Shown here piece after piece: positions 1 to 12,698 of a DNA stretch of 64,000 nucleotides. The notes under the pieces were generated by a model. The model was not told the DNA's origin, did no database searches, and saw only the letters and a list, made by a program, of their open reading frames with translations. The translations under genes and the position numbers were made by a program. Source of the DNA: the human T2T-CHM13v2.0 reference genome, Homo sapiens; assembly GCF_009914755.1 (NCBI RefSeq), contig NC_060930.1, one strand, 5' to 3'. Every line of letters starts with the position of its first letter. Within the stretch, counting starts at the first letter, position 1.

Positions 1-349
1 ATCATCTTGCTGTGCTTGGATTAATGTCTCCAGCAAAGTGGAAATGTCAATACTAAAACTTATAGAGAATGACACCAGGCTTTCTAAGTTAAAACGCATT
101 TTCTGTTGTTGTTGTTGTTGTTTAGCTGTGTCTGGTACCTTAGATGACATATTTGTGGTCAATACTTAAGGTTGTACTCTTTAGGCTGCTTGGAATCTTA
201 TTTAGAATGGCCTTAATTAAATGTTGTATGAGATAATTGTATAGATTTAGCCTAGTTTCTGTAGGTCAGATTAATCGGAGTTGCTGATGAAGTGGCACTG
301 TGGCAAAATTCACCAGAATTCAAGACATTGCAAAAATGAAGGGTGGATA

Positions 350-640
350 TTGTGAAGAGACAATTCTGCACAGGTCTTTCATTTTTCTGCATGTATTTTG
401 AATAAGACAGTGATGGTTCTTTTGTTCCAGGCTATGTTTTCAATGATATTTATATAAAAGACAACCTTGAAAGATAGAGTATCTCCCTCAAGAGTAGAGA
501 AACACTTTGTGTCTCTTATAGTGAAAATAATGTCTTCCTCCAAAGCAATAGGTTATTGTCATTACTGTCCATTATGAGCAGCTAGGGTTTCCTAAACTTA
601 ATGTTAATATCCTGTAACACAACTCACTGTATTTGGCAGA
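350..640. mobile_element. Possible old ERV LTR fragment
   Basis: Stretches such as 'caaccttgaaagatagag..tctccctc' and 'ttcctaaact..cctgtaacacaactcactg' resemble remembered LTR consensus text; family and boundaries uncertain. Confidence 0.3.
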
Positions 641-699
641 ACTTATCAAATGTGAGGTTGGGACATTCTACAGGACAAGTTAGCCCATGTATTCAATAA

Positions 700-1160
700 A
701 TAAGTCACCTGAAAAAACAAAGAAGAAAATTGGATGCCCTACGAAAAAAATATAGACATATCAACCAAATGCAATGTATGAATTTTGACTGATCTTAATT
801 AACGCAAACCAACAATTAAAATATATATTTGAAACAGTGACATTAGAATATCAAATATGTATTATTAGATAATATTAAGAAATTATTATTGTGTTGATTG
901 GGGTTACTAAATTAAGGTTGTGTATATAAAGAAAGTTTATCTGTTAGAAATAATAGTAGTGTTAATACTGAAAGGATATTTCTGAGATTTGCTTTAATCT
1001 ACTACTACTACTGCGCACGCACACACACACATACACACACTCAGACACACACAAAGATACGAAGCAAGCATATGGTGGGGGATATAGTTGGAAAAAATCA
1101 GATAAATATTTCTAGTTGTTGAAACTGGGTGAAAGATGCATGGGAATGCACTATACCAAA
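700..1160 (+). mobile_element. Ancient L1M (L1MC/ME-like) 3' UTR fragment
   Basis: 'gacatatcaaccaaatgcaatgt', 'gataatattaagaaattatt' and 'ttgttgaaactgggtga' are typical of old L1M 3' ends. Confidence 0.55.
1000..1052 (+). repeat. (CTA)n/(CA)n microsatellite
   Basis: ctactactacta followed by an interrupted (CA)n run. Confidence 0.85.
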
Positions 1161-1194
1161 CCAAACAACAGAAAACGGACTCAAATATAGCTTC

Positions 1195-1375
1195 TTAAAT
1201 TCAAATTCCAAGTACACTTCTTCCTAGTTGTAAGACCTTTGGAAAGTTCCTTACCAGAGTTTCCTAAATTTCTCAATTGAAAGTAGTGGTAATAGTAATA
1301 TCTCTCTCAGAGCTGTTATGAATTTTAAATGTGTTAATATTTTCAGTCACTCAGGAAAATGCCTCCCTAAATGTG
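1195..1375 (+). mobile_element. MIR SINE fragment
   Basis: Degenerate MIR core 'ctagttgtaagacctttggaaagttcctta...gtaatagtaatatctctctcagagctgttatga'. Confidence 0.6.
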
Positions 1376-2279
1376 TTACTTAGATACTAAAATGTAAATA
1401 TTGCTGAATAACAAAATTAAGACAAGAACTTTTTCTTCAAAATTATATTTTAAATTATGAATTAATAATGTATAATATATAAAAATAATCTTATATTAAG
1501 CACATAAATGTTATATCTCTATAAAGTACCAATTACTTTATACTCATTGGTGTCTTCTTGCTTTTTTTTAACCCGTGAATGAGAATGGGGGCCTTTTAGA
1601 GAATATCATTCTAATTCAAGATCTCCCTGTATTTTCATGACTTCCATTGCATGCACTAAATCTAGGAACTAGTTTAAAAATTCTCTTTTACTTACATCTA
1701 CCCTGAAAAATTGTTTCACTTCTTCTCCAGGTCTGAACAAATATAGATCATTCTTTCCACTTACAAGAAAAGAATCTCCAGAAATAAAAAGAAAAGATAT
1801 TTTCTTCACTTAAATATACATTCAGAATTGTAGACCTCAGGCGTAGCACATAGACCATATTTCATTAATCAACCATCTATAAACCAATCAATCCATATTT
1901 TTAAACAAATTACTTAACAGAATTCAAATGTTTCCTGAATGTAGATAGGCACTGGTAAAGTTGTCTATTTCATGAAATTCCTCTGTGAATTTATAGTGGA
2001 GAATATAATTCACAGCAAGAAAATCACATTATGTACTCCTCCCTCCCCCAATAAGTTAAAAGTAGCTCGTATAGCTACTGCCAGAGAACTGCATTTTCCA
2101 CTTACTGCTGAATGCCCTTTCCTCAAATATACTTCACAGAGAGATGATAATTTACATTTCTCAATAAGAAATGCGTGTTCAATGGTTTAGAGGAAAGGAA
2201 CATCTCATCTACTTGTTCGTTTCACATATTTTTCCACAAATTCACCCCAGTTATATAAGCTTTCTCTAAATATGAAAAT

Positions 2280-2294
2280 GGAAAGTCCCGGAAC
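2280..2294 (-). promoter_or_regulatory. Perfect NF-kB site with overlapping ETS-like core (function unproven)
   Basis: GGAAAGTCCC at 2280-2289 is the reverse complement of GGGACTTTCC; CCGGAA overlaps it. Confidence 0.3.
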
Positions 2295-2940
2295 AGAGAT
2301 CCCATTTCCCATGGTAAACGTGGTAGTTTTACAACTCAGGTGGTTGAGGTACATCATTTCACATCTTCTCAATTAGAATAATAAACTATAGAAGCGGTGA
2401 ATGGTGGTTAAGAGCTACTACAGAAAATAAAAAAGAAAATGTAAAGTAATATTTTTTAGACAGAACAATTCTAAGTTATATAAAAAATGTGATGAAATAT
2501 GTTGAGGGAACTTTTGTATGACATATCTGTGATTGTACTATTAATAACCTCAAAAATAACTAAATTTATATACTAGAAATTTATTCCAAAGTTTAAAAGT
2601 GAGTCAATAATTCTATTTTCAATTAATGACTTAGTCCTTTGTTTGATGCATTTGCGTCTGAAGTTGGAAAATATTTCCAATTCATTCTCCAAAGAAGTTA
2701 GAGAATGATTCAAAATTTCCAAGTTGGCTTTTGATAATTTCAAATATAAACAAGAAACCTAAATGAACATTAGTTAATATTACATTTCTGTCTACTTTAA
2801 TTACTTAATAATATCAATTTTTTGTATCAAATTGTTTTATAAATGAGTATTTTGCTACAGAGAGTGTAAGCTCCATAAAAGCAATGTCTGTGAAGATATA
2901 ATGCTATATATTGTTTTATAAATATGTCTTAGAAATAATA

Positions 2941-3050
2941 TGGTCTGGAGTCAAACTCTGACATCATTCTTTACTAGGTGCATGACCTTGGAAATCATCT
3001 AACCTTTCTGAGTTTTAGTTTATAATTTTATAAATGAGGGTAATATCTAC
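2941..3050 (+). mobile_element. MIR SINE fragment
   Basis: 'tctggagtca..ttactaggtgcatgaccttgg..aacctttctgagttttagttt..tataaatgagggtaata'. Confidence 0.6.
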
Positions 3051-3206
3051 TAAATATAAAGATATATATCTATATATCTGTATACAGATAGAACTTAGAA
3101 AACAATCGATAGCTACTTAATTATGAAGCACACCTAATCCTGATAAAAGCTGCCAAAATCATTGTATTAGTCAGGGTTCTCCAGAGAAACAGAGCCAATA
3201 AAATAC

Positions 3207-3246
<40 letters not shown>

Positions 3247-3271
3247 GATAGATAGATAGATAGATAGAGAT
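3207..3271 (+). repeat. Compound (AGAT)10 GAT (AGAT)4 tetranucleotide STR
   Basis: Repeat units counted directly from the sequence. Confidence 0.95.
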
Positions 3272-3288
3272 ACACAGAAAGATATTTA

Positions 3289-4463
3289 CAGTCATGTGTG
3301 ACTTAACAATAATACATTCTAAGAAATGTGTCCTTAGTTGATTTCATCATTATGCAAACATCACTGAGTCTACTTACACAAACCTAGAGAGTATAGCCTA
3401 CTGCACACCTAGGCCATATGTCATAGCCTATTACTTTTAGGCTACAAACCTGTATAGCATGTTACTATACTGAATGCTATAGGCAATTATAACGCAATGG
3501 TAAATAGTTGTGTATATAAATATAGCTAAGCATTGAAAAGGTAAAAAAATATGACATAAAAGATAAAAAATGGTGCACTTGCAGAGGGCACTTACCATGA
3601 ATGGACCTTGCAGGACTGGAAGTTGGTCTGGCTGAGTCAGTGAGTGAGTGGTGAGTGAAGGTGAAGGCCTAGGACATGACTGTATATGAATGTAGAATTG
3701 TTAACATTGTACACTTAGCCTATACTAAATTTATTTTTAAATTTTTCTTTCTTTGATAATAAATTAATCTTAGCTTTCTGTAACTTTTAATCAACTTTTT
3801 ATTTTTCAGCTTTTTGACTGTAATAATTCACTAAAAACACAAATGTACAACGTACCAAAAATATTTTCTTTCTTATTCTATAAGCTTTTCCTATTTAAAG
3901 ACTTTGGGTTGTTTTACTTTTCTATAAAAAACGAAGACACCAACACACACATTGGCCTCGGCTTACACAGGGTCCAGATAATCAATATCAGTCTTTTATT
4001 GCCATATTTTGTCCCACTGGAAGGTCTTCAAGGGCAATAACAAGTATGGAGCTGTCACCTCCTAGGAGAACAATGCCTTTTTCTGGAATACTTCCTAAAT
4101 GACCTGCCTGAGACTGTTTAAAAGTTAACATTTTTTTCTTAAATAAGTAGACAGAGTACACTCTAAAATAATAAAAAGTAAAGTAAATACATAAACCAGT
4201 AACATAGTTGTTTATTATCATCACCATGTAATACATACTGTGCATAATTGTACCTGTTCTACTTTTATTTGACTGGCAGCACAGGGGGTTTGTTTACATC
4301 AGCATCACTACAAACGGGTGAGTATCGCATTGCCCTCAGAAGTCATGATGGTTACAAAGTCAACAGGCAATAGAAAATTTTCTGCTTCATCATAATCTTA
4401 TGGGACCCAAATCATAAATTCAATCTGTCCTTGACCAAAACATCCTTATGCAATGCATGACAG
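3289..4463. mobile_element. Tigger3b/Golem-type non-autonomous TcMar DNA transposon
   Basis: Terminal inverted repeats cagtcatg...catgacag, TA target duplications at 3287-88 and 4464-65, ~1.18 kb, characteristic 'tacacaaacctaga..atagcctac..cacctaggc'. Confidence 0.85.
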
Positions 4464-5045
4464 TATTATAAGTGACCAGCCTTACACAATTATAGAAGCT
4501 GCGATGTTCCAGCATCGGCCCTGTGAAAGCTGGAAACTCCAGAAAGCTGGTGGTGTATGAGATAACCAGGACAGACAATGGTGTAAGTCATTTTGAGTTT
4601 AAAGGAACAGGAGTCAGCAGCACCAATGTTCCACAAGTTGGATGGCCCAGCTCAAGCAAAGGGAGTAAATGTTTCCTTCCTCCACATTTTGTTCTTGTTC
4701 AGGCCTTCAGTGAATAGGGAGTGCCGCCCACATTGGTAAGGGTGATCTTTACTCAGTGTACAAATTCACATGCTAATGTCTTACAGAAACATCCTCATGG
4801 ACATGTCCAGAAAAAGGGTTTGACGAGGTATTTGGGCTTCCCTTATCTGAGCCAAGCTGACCCACAAAAGTAACCATCACAATAGCAAAAATCAAAAAAT
4901 TACAAATTAGCACATCACAAAGTGTGTTTGGCAAAAAAAAAAAAAAAAAAAGCCATTATTCTAGTCCCCACGTTTATTTTTTTAAAAAAAGATAAATTCT
5001 TTATTAAAAAAAGATTTAAGTTTTCTATACTGCAAAATCAACTGA

Positions 5046-5440
<395 letters not shown>

Positions 5441-5734
5441 AAAAAGCCAATTCTTAAATAAAATACAAGATACCAAATTAAGCATATGCTAAAAAACGCA
5501 TTTTTTCTTTGGAAATTCTAATAAATTCCTTCAAAATACAGAACAAGAAAGGGGGAACAGATAAACTAAAAAAAAAGGAAGTCAATTACACAACAAATTA
5601 TAAAATGGTATACCCTAACCCAATATTAGTAATTAAATGTTGATATACAAACAACTTCAACCACTCTCAGAAGGGATTAAGAAGTAACAATAAAAATCCA
5701 AGACCCAACTAGTTTTCTTTACAGATACACATAC

Positions 5735-6380
5735 AGTTATTCAGCACCATTTGGTTAAGTAATCTTTAAATTTTAATGGAATTAAACCATCACATTTGCC
5801 CATCTTGTTCATTTTTAAGGCTGTTTTAAATTTTTAAATTATTTGTCTTTTCATTAAAAAATTTAAATTAGCCTGTTAATTACTTATAAAAACTAGAATA
5901 TTGATTTCAATCACAAATCAATTGAACAGAGTTACAACTTAACTATTTCAAGTATTTTAATTCATTAACAATCCATTAACAAAACATCTCCTTCATCTAT
6001 ATTTTCTTAAATCAATCATTGCAATGCTTTGTATTTCCCTGCTTAAACACATGTCACTAAATGTATTCTTCAGCATTCTATTTTTAAGTTATTATGGCAG
6101 ATCCAAGTATACTGAATTACAAATGGCATTTGTGTATTATCTTGAATCCAGTGACCTTGGTAAATTTACTTGCTAAAATAACTCTTCCTAAAACCTTTTT
6201 TTCTAGGTCTCTTAAGGTTTGCACCTACAATATTTTTATTTATCTGTCTTTATTGTAGGTATGCAATATAATACATACAATACATACAATAAAGACAGTT
6301 TCACTTTCATTCTCATCTTTATGTTGTTTATTTTTTCTATTACCATCTTATTGCACTAGCAATACAATGTTGAGTAGTAT
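5735..6380 (-). mobile_element. Ancient L1M ORF2 fragment
   Basis: 'cagcaccattt', 'atcttgaatccagtgaccttggtaaatttactt', 'ttattgcactagc..tacaatgttgagtag' resemble antisense L1 ORF2. Confidence 0.5.
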
Positions 6381-6730
6381 TACAGTAAATTATGATAATA
6401 AAATAATAATTACCATAAATGATTATAAAAAATATATAAATAAATATAATTTACTTATAAATGATTACAATATATATTTAGATAATGTAAGAATATTATA
6501 TACATTTATATTTATTTTATATTTATTTATATTATATAAATATATAATTATTATGTATTATATTATAAATATATAAAATATTCTTACATTATCTAAACTA
6601 TTTATTCTATGATTAAAAATACATTTACATATAAATAACAATGTATTATATATTTTATATATTTATAATATTCTTACATTATCTAAAGCATATAAATATA
6701 TTTACATTATGTTATAAATAAAATACAAAT
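6380..6730. repeat. AT-rich low-complexity block with inverted and direct 21-24 bp repeats
   Basis: tttagataatgtaagaatatt at 6477-6497; its reverse complement at 6577-6597 and 6667-6687. Confidence 0.85.
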
Positions 6731-7530
6731 AACCAAATTAAAATTATTAACACACTTCTAAAAGGAAAATAGGCACATGGCCAATGAACATATAAGGAAG
6801 TGCTTGACAATACTCATTAGGAAAAATGCAAATTTTAGCATAATGAACTACCACTATGTACCCACCAGAAAAGCTATAATTAAAAGCACAGAAACTCCAA
6901 ATGTTGGCAAGGATTTGTAGCATACCAACTCCTCCTCTATTGACTGGTGAAAGTGTAAACTTACATAAACACTCGGTAAAATTATTTGACAGTTTCTTAT
7001 AAAGATACATCTACCTTATGAGTTAGTTCTATTCATGTATTTATACAAGTGAAATAAAAACATATTATAGCCTCTAAAATCATCTGCATAGAAGCTTTCT
7101 CAATTTCTTGATAGTAGTCAAAAAATGGAAATAGTTTATTATAAAAGGATTGGATAGATTGTAAAAAAGTCACAACATTGAATACTTTCAGTAGTTAAAA
7201 GGAAAAAACAATGATTTTATGCAACAAAAGGTTGAATCTCACAAAAATTGTGGTGAGCTTAGACAAAGAGTCTTTACCTTCTAATATGATTAAGATGAAG
7301 TTCCAGAACAGGCAAAAACTAAGCTAGGTTAATAAAAGAGATAGGAAATTGTTTGCCTATTGGAAAGTATGTTAAATAGGAAGGGACACGAGAGAAATTT
7401 CTGAGGTGATAAAATTTTTTATATCTTAATATTGGTATCAGTTCTATGGGCATAAGTCACAACTCATTAAACTCTATACTTGAGACCTGTGTATTTTTCT
7501 GTATGTTAATTATAATTAAGCGAAAAAATG
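6730..7530 (+). mobile_element. L1ME-like 3' end
   Basis: 'atggccaatgaacatat', 'aaatgttggcaaggatt', 'aagttccagaacaggcaaaact', 'tttctgaggtgataaa'. Confidence 0.7.
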
Positions 7531-7948
7531 ATATAAAAACTCAAAGACAAGAAAATTATATACTAAATATATGTAAATAAAAAAGAAATAAAAATTTATG
7601 TACTTTATCCAATAAATCAAACATAGTTTCATACCATTAAGTATATCTTTATATATGTTTTTCCCAGTTGATCTGCTAGAGATTGAGAAGTACATACATG
7701 TGTAATATTACTATTTTTTTCTGTCTACTTACATTTGCATTTGCTAAAGTTTTTGTATATACATATATATAATTCAACGAGATTTTTCTTTATTCTTATA
7801 ATACAGTTGTGGTGTGCATTAATGTATGTATTTTCTTTTAAAATATCAATTGAGGTTTCTTCAGTTTATTTTTCTACTCTTACTTTGTTGCATTTCTTTT
7901 GTTTGCCCTAGTCTAATCTTCAAGAATATCAAGTAAAAATTACTTGTA

Positions 7949-8247
7949 GGCTGGGTGCAGTGGCTTATGCCTGTAATCTCAGCATTTCAGGAGAATGATG
8001 AGGGTGGATTGCTTGAGTCTAGGGGTTCAACACCAGCCTGGGTGACATGGTAAAAGCCCGTATCTACAAAAAATACAAAAAATTAGATGGACATGGTGAC
8101 GCATGCCTGTAGTCACAGCTACTAGGGAGGCTAAGGTGGGAGGATCACCTGAGCCGCAGATTGAGGCAGCAGTGAGCCATGCTGATGCCACTGCACTCCA
8201 GCCTGGGCAACAGGGTGAGATTCTGTCTCAAAAAATAATAATAATAA
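7949..8247 (+). mobile_element. AluJ
   Basis: Dimeric Alu with J-type 'ggattgcttgag' and 'gggaggatcacctgagcc'; (TAA)n tail. Confidence 0.9.
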
Positions 8248-10338
8248 CAATTGTATATTCATTATCTGAAATACACATATAAAATGTCCTCCATGATTTT
8301 TTTCAACTCTAGCATTTGCATTTTGTGAGTGTTTCGCAAAATTTTTTTACCTTATTAATTTTCTTTAATATAAGTTTGGCTTTTCATTTGGGGATTTACA
8401 TATTTCATTATGCTACCACAATTTAGTAGATATTAATTATACTACTATGTTTTATTTTATTTTTCCTGTATTATTTTATTTTCTTTTAATTTCATTCTAT
8501 TTCCATTTCACACTGTCTTTCATTTTTAACTGTTTTTTCTAAATGATATTTTCCTCTTCTGTTCATATTTCATGAAGGTAACTTTTTTTCATGCTCATGA
8601 AAGTGCCAAATATTTTTCTGAAAGTTAGGAAGTTGGGATCCTGAATTAGATCTTTATTTCAGGAGTAGTCGGATGTGTTATTCCCTTTCTCGTCTATTTT
8701 TCAGGATAGATTTTCTCCCCCTCAAAAGGTAATATGTCCTCTTATTTTATTGATATGTATTTGTTTCCCATTGTCAGTATGATTTTTGACAATTTTTTTA
8801 AAATCTCTTTTTCATGTTGAGATACAGAGCAAGTTGATATGACATGTTCCCAGTAACACTTTTTAAATTTCTTTAGGCTTTCATCAGCCTTCCTTATTAC
8901 TTATCTCTCTAAAAGTTGCAAATAATGTGAAAACCAGGGTCCTCTAGCAAGCACAATTAACTAGCATTGCTTTTATCTTCAACCTTTCCTCCAATATATA
9001 TCTGAGAAACTATACCACCAACAATAGAAAGAATAGTTTTTACCCCATTCTTTCTTCGAACTTCCTCCCTGGCCCTCTGTTTCTGCACAAATATATTCTG
9101 TGATTTATTCACTCACTCTGAAAGGATTTCAAATGTTGCTATCCAAAAAGTAGTGATGGCTCATGGAGACCAAAAAACAAAATACAAAAATACAGGTTGA
9201 GTGTTGTCCAGTTTTCTGAGTTTTACATGCCCTGAGTTTCAGAAATCAGTTAGTGAAGAGGAATGCCTAATTCTTGTTTTGCCTTTTTTATATAGTCTGT
9301 TTTAAAAACATGGCCATGTTAGGCCAAGAGTTGAAGCCTAGATGCATTCTTTTTTTCAATCTGGCTTCATCCATATGTCTTTAATTAATATTGATACTTT
9401 CACTCAGCAATTAAATTGTCTGACAGCCTGGTTTGGGGAGTGTCTCAATGTGTTTATAGTTATTTCACTATAGTTTTTTAGACACAATATTAGAGGTTTC
9501 TAGCCATATTATTTTGAGTTGTATGTAATACTTATTTAATCCAATAAAAATACATTTGTCTGAATACTCTTATAAACTTAGAGTGATTATAAATTCATAG
9601 AAACTATGGGATGAAAATTTGGTAATATCTATTACATTCTAAATTTGATACAGTTTCTGTCACATTAATTACACCTTAACTATTTTATGGAGATATATTC
9701 AAGAAAGTATGTAGTAGTTGATGTTCATTAGTCTTTGAAACATTACTTAAAATTGAAGCACACCTAAAAAAAGAAGAAATATCTAGCAATTGAGGGAATT
9801 GTATAGATATTAAGCAGATTTTTAGCAGAACAAGATATATCTACTTGTATCAGTCTATGAAGTCCACAAAATTCTACTATAAATTTTGAATAAAGTTTTT
9901 AGAGAGTATGCATAATAAGTTTTCATTATACAATGGCAATAATAAGATACATATGTAAATATATGTATAGATTATAGGAATATATGTGTTTTGTTAATTT
10001 GTTTAACTCAGCGTAAAACTGAAGGATTGTGAAGATTAATCTTATACATTTGGTTTTATGTATGTCATTATTATTTAATATTTTCTTAACCTAAGCATAT
10101 TTATTTTCTTGAATTAAAATATCAGTTAACAAAAAAGCAAAAGGAGATCTTTTAAAGAACATTATAAATTTTATTGTGCAGGATTGTTACAGGACTTAAA
10201 TATGATATACATTATTAGAGCTTTATAATTTACAGCATCCTATAAAAGAAGTTATAATTTGTTCTTCTGTGTTCTTACAGAATATTTTTCTGTAATATAA
10301 GGCGGATTTTGCAGGTATCAGATACTGTCCTATTATAG

Positions 10339-10420
10339 CATATATATATATATATACACACACACACGTATACACATATATAACACATATATACACATAT
10401 ATACACATATATTTATATAA
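10339..10420. repeat. (TA)n/(CA)n compound microsatellite
   Basis: tatatatata...cacacacac...tatacacatata. Confidence 0.85.
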
Positions 10421-11514
10421 ATTTATGCCTTTTTCATAATTATCTAACTTTTGTTTTATTTTGGAAGTGTATTTAGGGTCAGAAAAATTCTTCTTGAAAA
10501 AAAAATGTAGCATCCACCTGTGTTTCAGTTGTTCTTAACTCTTAAAAGAAATAATGTATAGGTTTTTGGAAAGTGTCCTTTGTATAATCCTGCTAGGAAG
10601 CAGCTACATTTCAGTTTAGTACAAAACTATTCTGATATTTAAGCCTTGTATGTACTGTTTTTAATTTAAAATAATGACTTAAAATATAATTATGAGTAGG
10701 TAGATTTATCTAAACTTTAAAAATCAACAAATGCAATTATTAAAATCTTAATAGATTTTGATTTAATGTTACCATATTGGCAGGGAGAAGACTAGTGGGA
10801 GACTGTCCCAGTAGGCAACAACCATCTGTGTTAGGGTCAGAGGCTTTGTCAAAATGTTCAAACCAAAGGGCATATATGTTTGTGAAGATTAAGATGAGGA
10901 ATTAAAAATTACTTTTGCAGTCTTTTAAACAATACAGAATTACGGATATAATTATGCAGCATGAAATTCACGTTTTTGCATGAAACATGCAGAATTTATA
11001 GATTAGTTGAAAGTGGAGCACACTTTATTAACCAGTAGACAAGTTAGCCTTTGGGCACTGTGTGTGAATATGTGATATAATGTTATAAGTATCTAATCTC
11101 TCTATGTTAACAAACTAAAAAGGCTCAGGAGCTTAGGGAGTTGGCTAGGAACACATCTCTTGAACAAACACCCTGGCTCTTCATGCTTTCTATCCTCTGC
11201 AAGCTGTCCAGGCCAGCACTGAGCACTTCTCTTTTGTCCACTGTTTCTCCTTTGCACAACTGGACGTCACTGGCAAGCCTCCGGAGAGGATAAATCTAGT
11301 GTTCAGGTTTTGATTTAATGTCTTTTTTTTTTCTGTAAAATCTTTCTGAAATGTAATGTTTGTCTTTTTATGGAAAAAAAATTAATGGAAATCAGAACCT
11401 ACACAATGATTTTTATGGCAAATGTTATTACAAATGATTGCATTAAATGGTGCTCATTTAAAGTTCAAACGCTAATAGGTGCTGGATTTTTACAAAGCAA
11501 AGCAGGGCCTTTGG

Positions 11515-11730
11515 AGAAAGCCCTGAGTGGAGTCCTGGTTGTATTCAAGGTCATGCAACTGATTTGTTGGGCAATCTTGGGCAAAGTCATTTAGGTGGCC
11601 TTAACCTAAATCTAGTGGATTTTTCCTCTCCATCTGTAAAAAATTAGGCTAATAACACATGTTTATTTGTGAAGTGCTTTCATCTGCTCAGAGTAAAAAG
11701 TCACAAGTGCAAATATTGTTATTATTATAT
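11515..11730 (+). mobile_element. MIR/MIR3 fragment
   Basis: 'atcttgggcaaagtcattta...ttcctctccatctgtaaaa'. Confidence 0.5.
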
Positions 11731-12235
11731 TTATTAATTGCTGAGGATGGCTTCAATGCACCTTTGCTATTTAAAAATCCTGCTTGCAGCTGTGAAAACA
11801 TTATGCTTAACAGGAGCAATTATCAGTGGTGGTTGGTGCAGAACTCACAGGGAGGGAAGCTGCTGGAGGAACCATTTATTAAAAGCAGAGGGAGAAAGAA
11901 AAAGAAACTGCAGGCATTATTTAAAAAGTGAGTGTAATATTATACACACTATTATGTAATATATATAACCAAATACATATTTGTATGAATCAAATATATT
12001 TATACATGTAAACTAAACATTCCCATATTTATAATCAAAGAAAGAAAGAAAAGTCTATCGGGCTCTTAGTTTTGTTTTGTTACTCTTAGTCTCTTGCCTT
12101 CACCACCTTCTCTAGGCCTATCAGATCTCTTCCCTTTCACAAAGCCTGCTTTTGTGTATAATATGTTACTACATTTTTGTTTCTAAATAAATATAAATGT
12201 ATTATAATGTTATAATAAAATAAAAAACTAGGGGA

Positions 12236-12698
12236 TAAATATATATGTGATTATAATATATATAATATATATATATTTATATTATATATTTTATATTATT
12301 ATATATTTATGTATCATATATTTATATATTATATATTTATATATCATATATTTATATATTATATTTATATATCATATATTTATATATTATATTTATATAT
12401 CATATATTTATATATTATAGTTATATATCATATATTTATATATGATATATTTATATATGATATATTTATATATCATATATTTATATATGATATATTTATA
12501 TATATTATATATTTTTATATATCATATATTTATATATGATATATTTATATATATCATATATTTTTATATATCATATATTTATATATATTATATATTTTTA
12601 TATATCATATATTTATATATATTATATATTTTTATATATCATATATTTATATATATTATATATTTTTATATATCATATATTTATATATATTATATATT
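12236..12698. repeat. AT-rich minisatellite, ~16-17 bp unit (atatatcatatattt)
   Basis: About 460 bp almost entirely A/T with variants atatatCatata, atatatGatata and atatatTatata. Confidence 0.95.

Larger units (their letters stand above)
3163..4881 (-). mobile_element. MLT2 (ERVL) solo LTR, interrupted by Tigger3b and an AGAT STR
   Basis: Starts 'tgtattagtcagggttctccagagaaacaga' and ends 'taaccatcaca' (reverse complement of the MLT2 termini); the halves rejoin across the Tigger at 'gatattta|ttataag'. Confidence 0.85.

Noticed and set aside
4933-4951. Orphan poly(A) as a retro-insertion (also the poly-T at ~35258)
   Set aside because: No TSD or element body is seen
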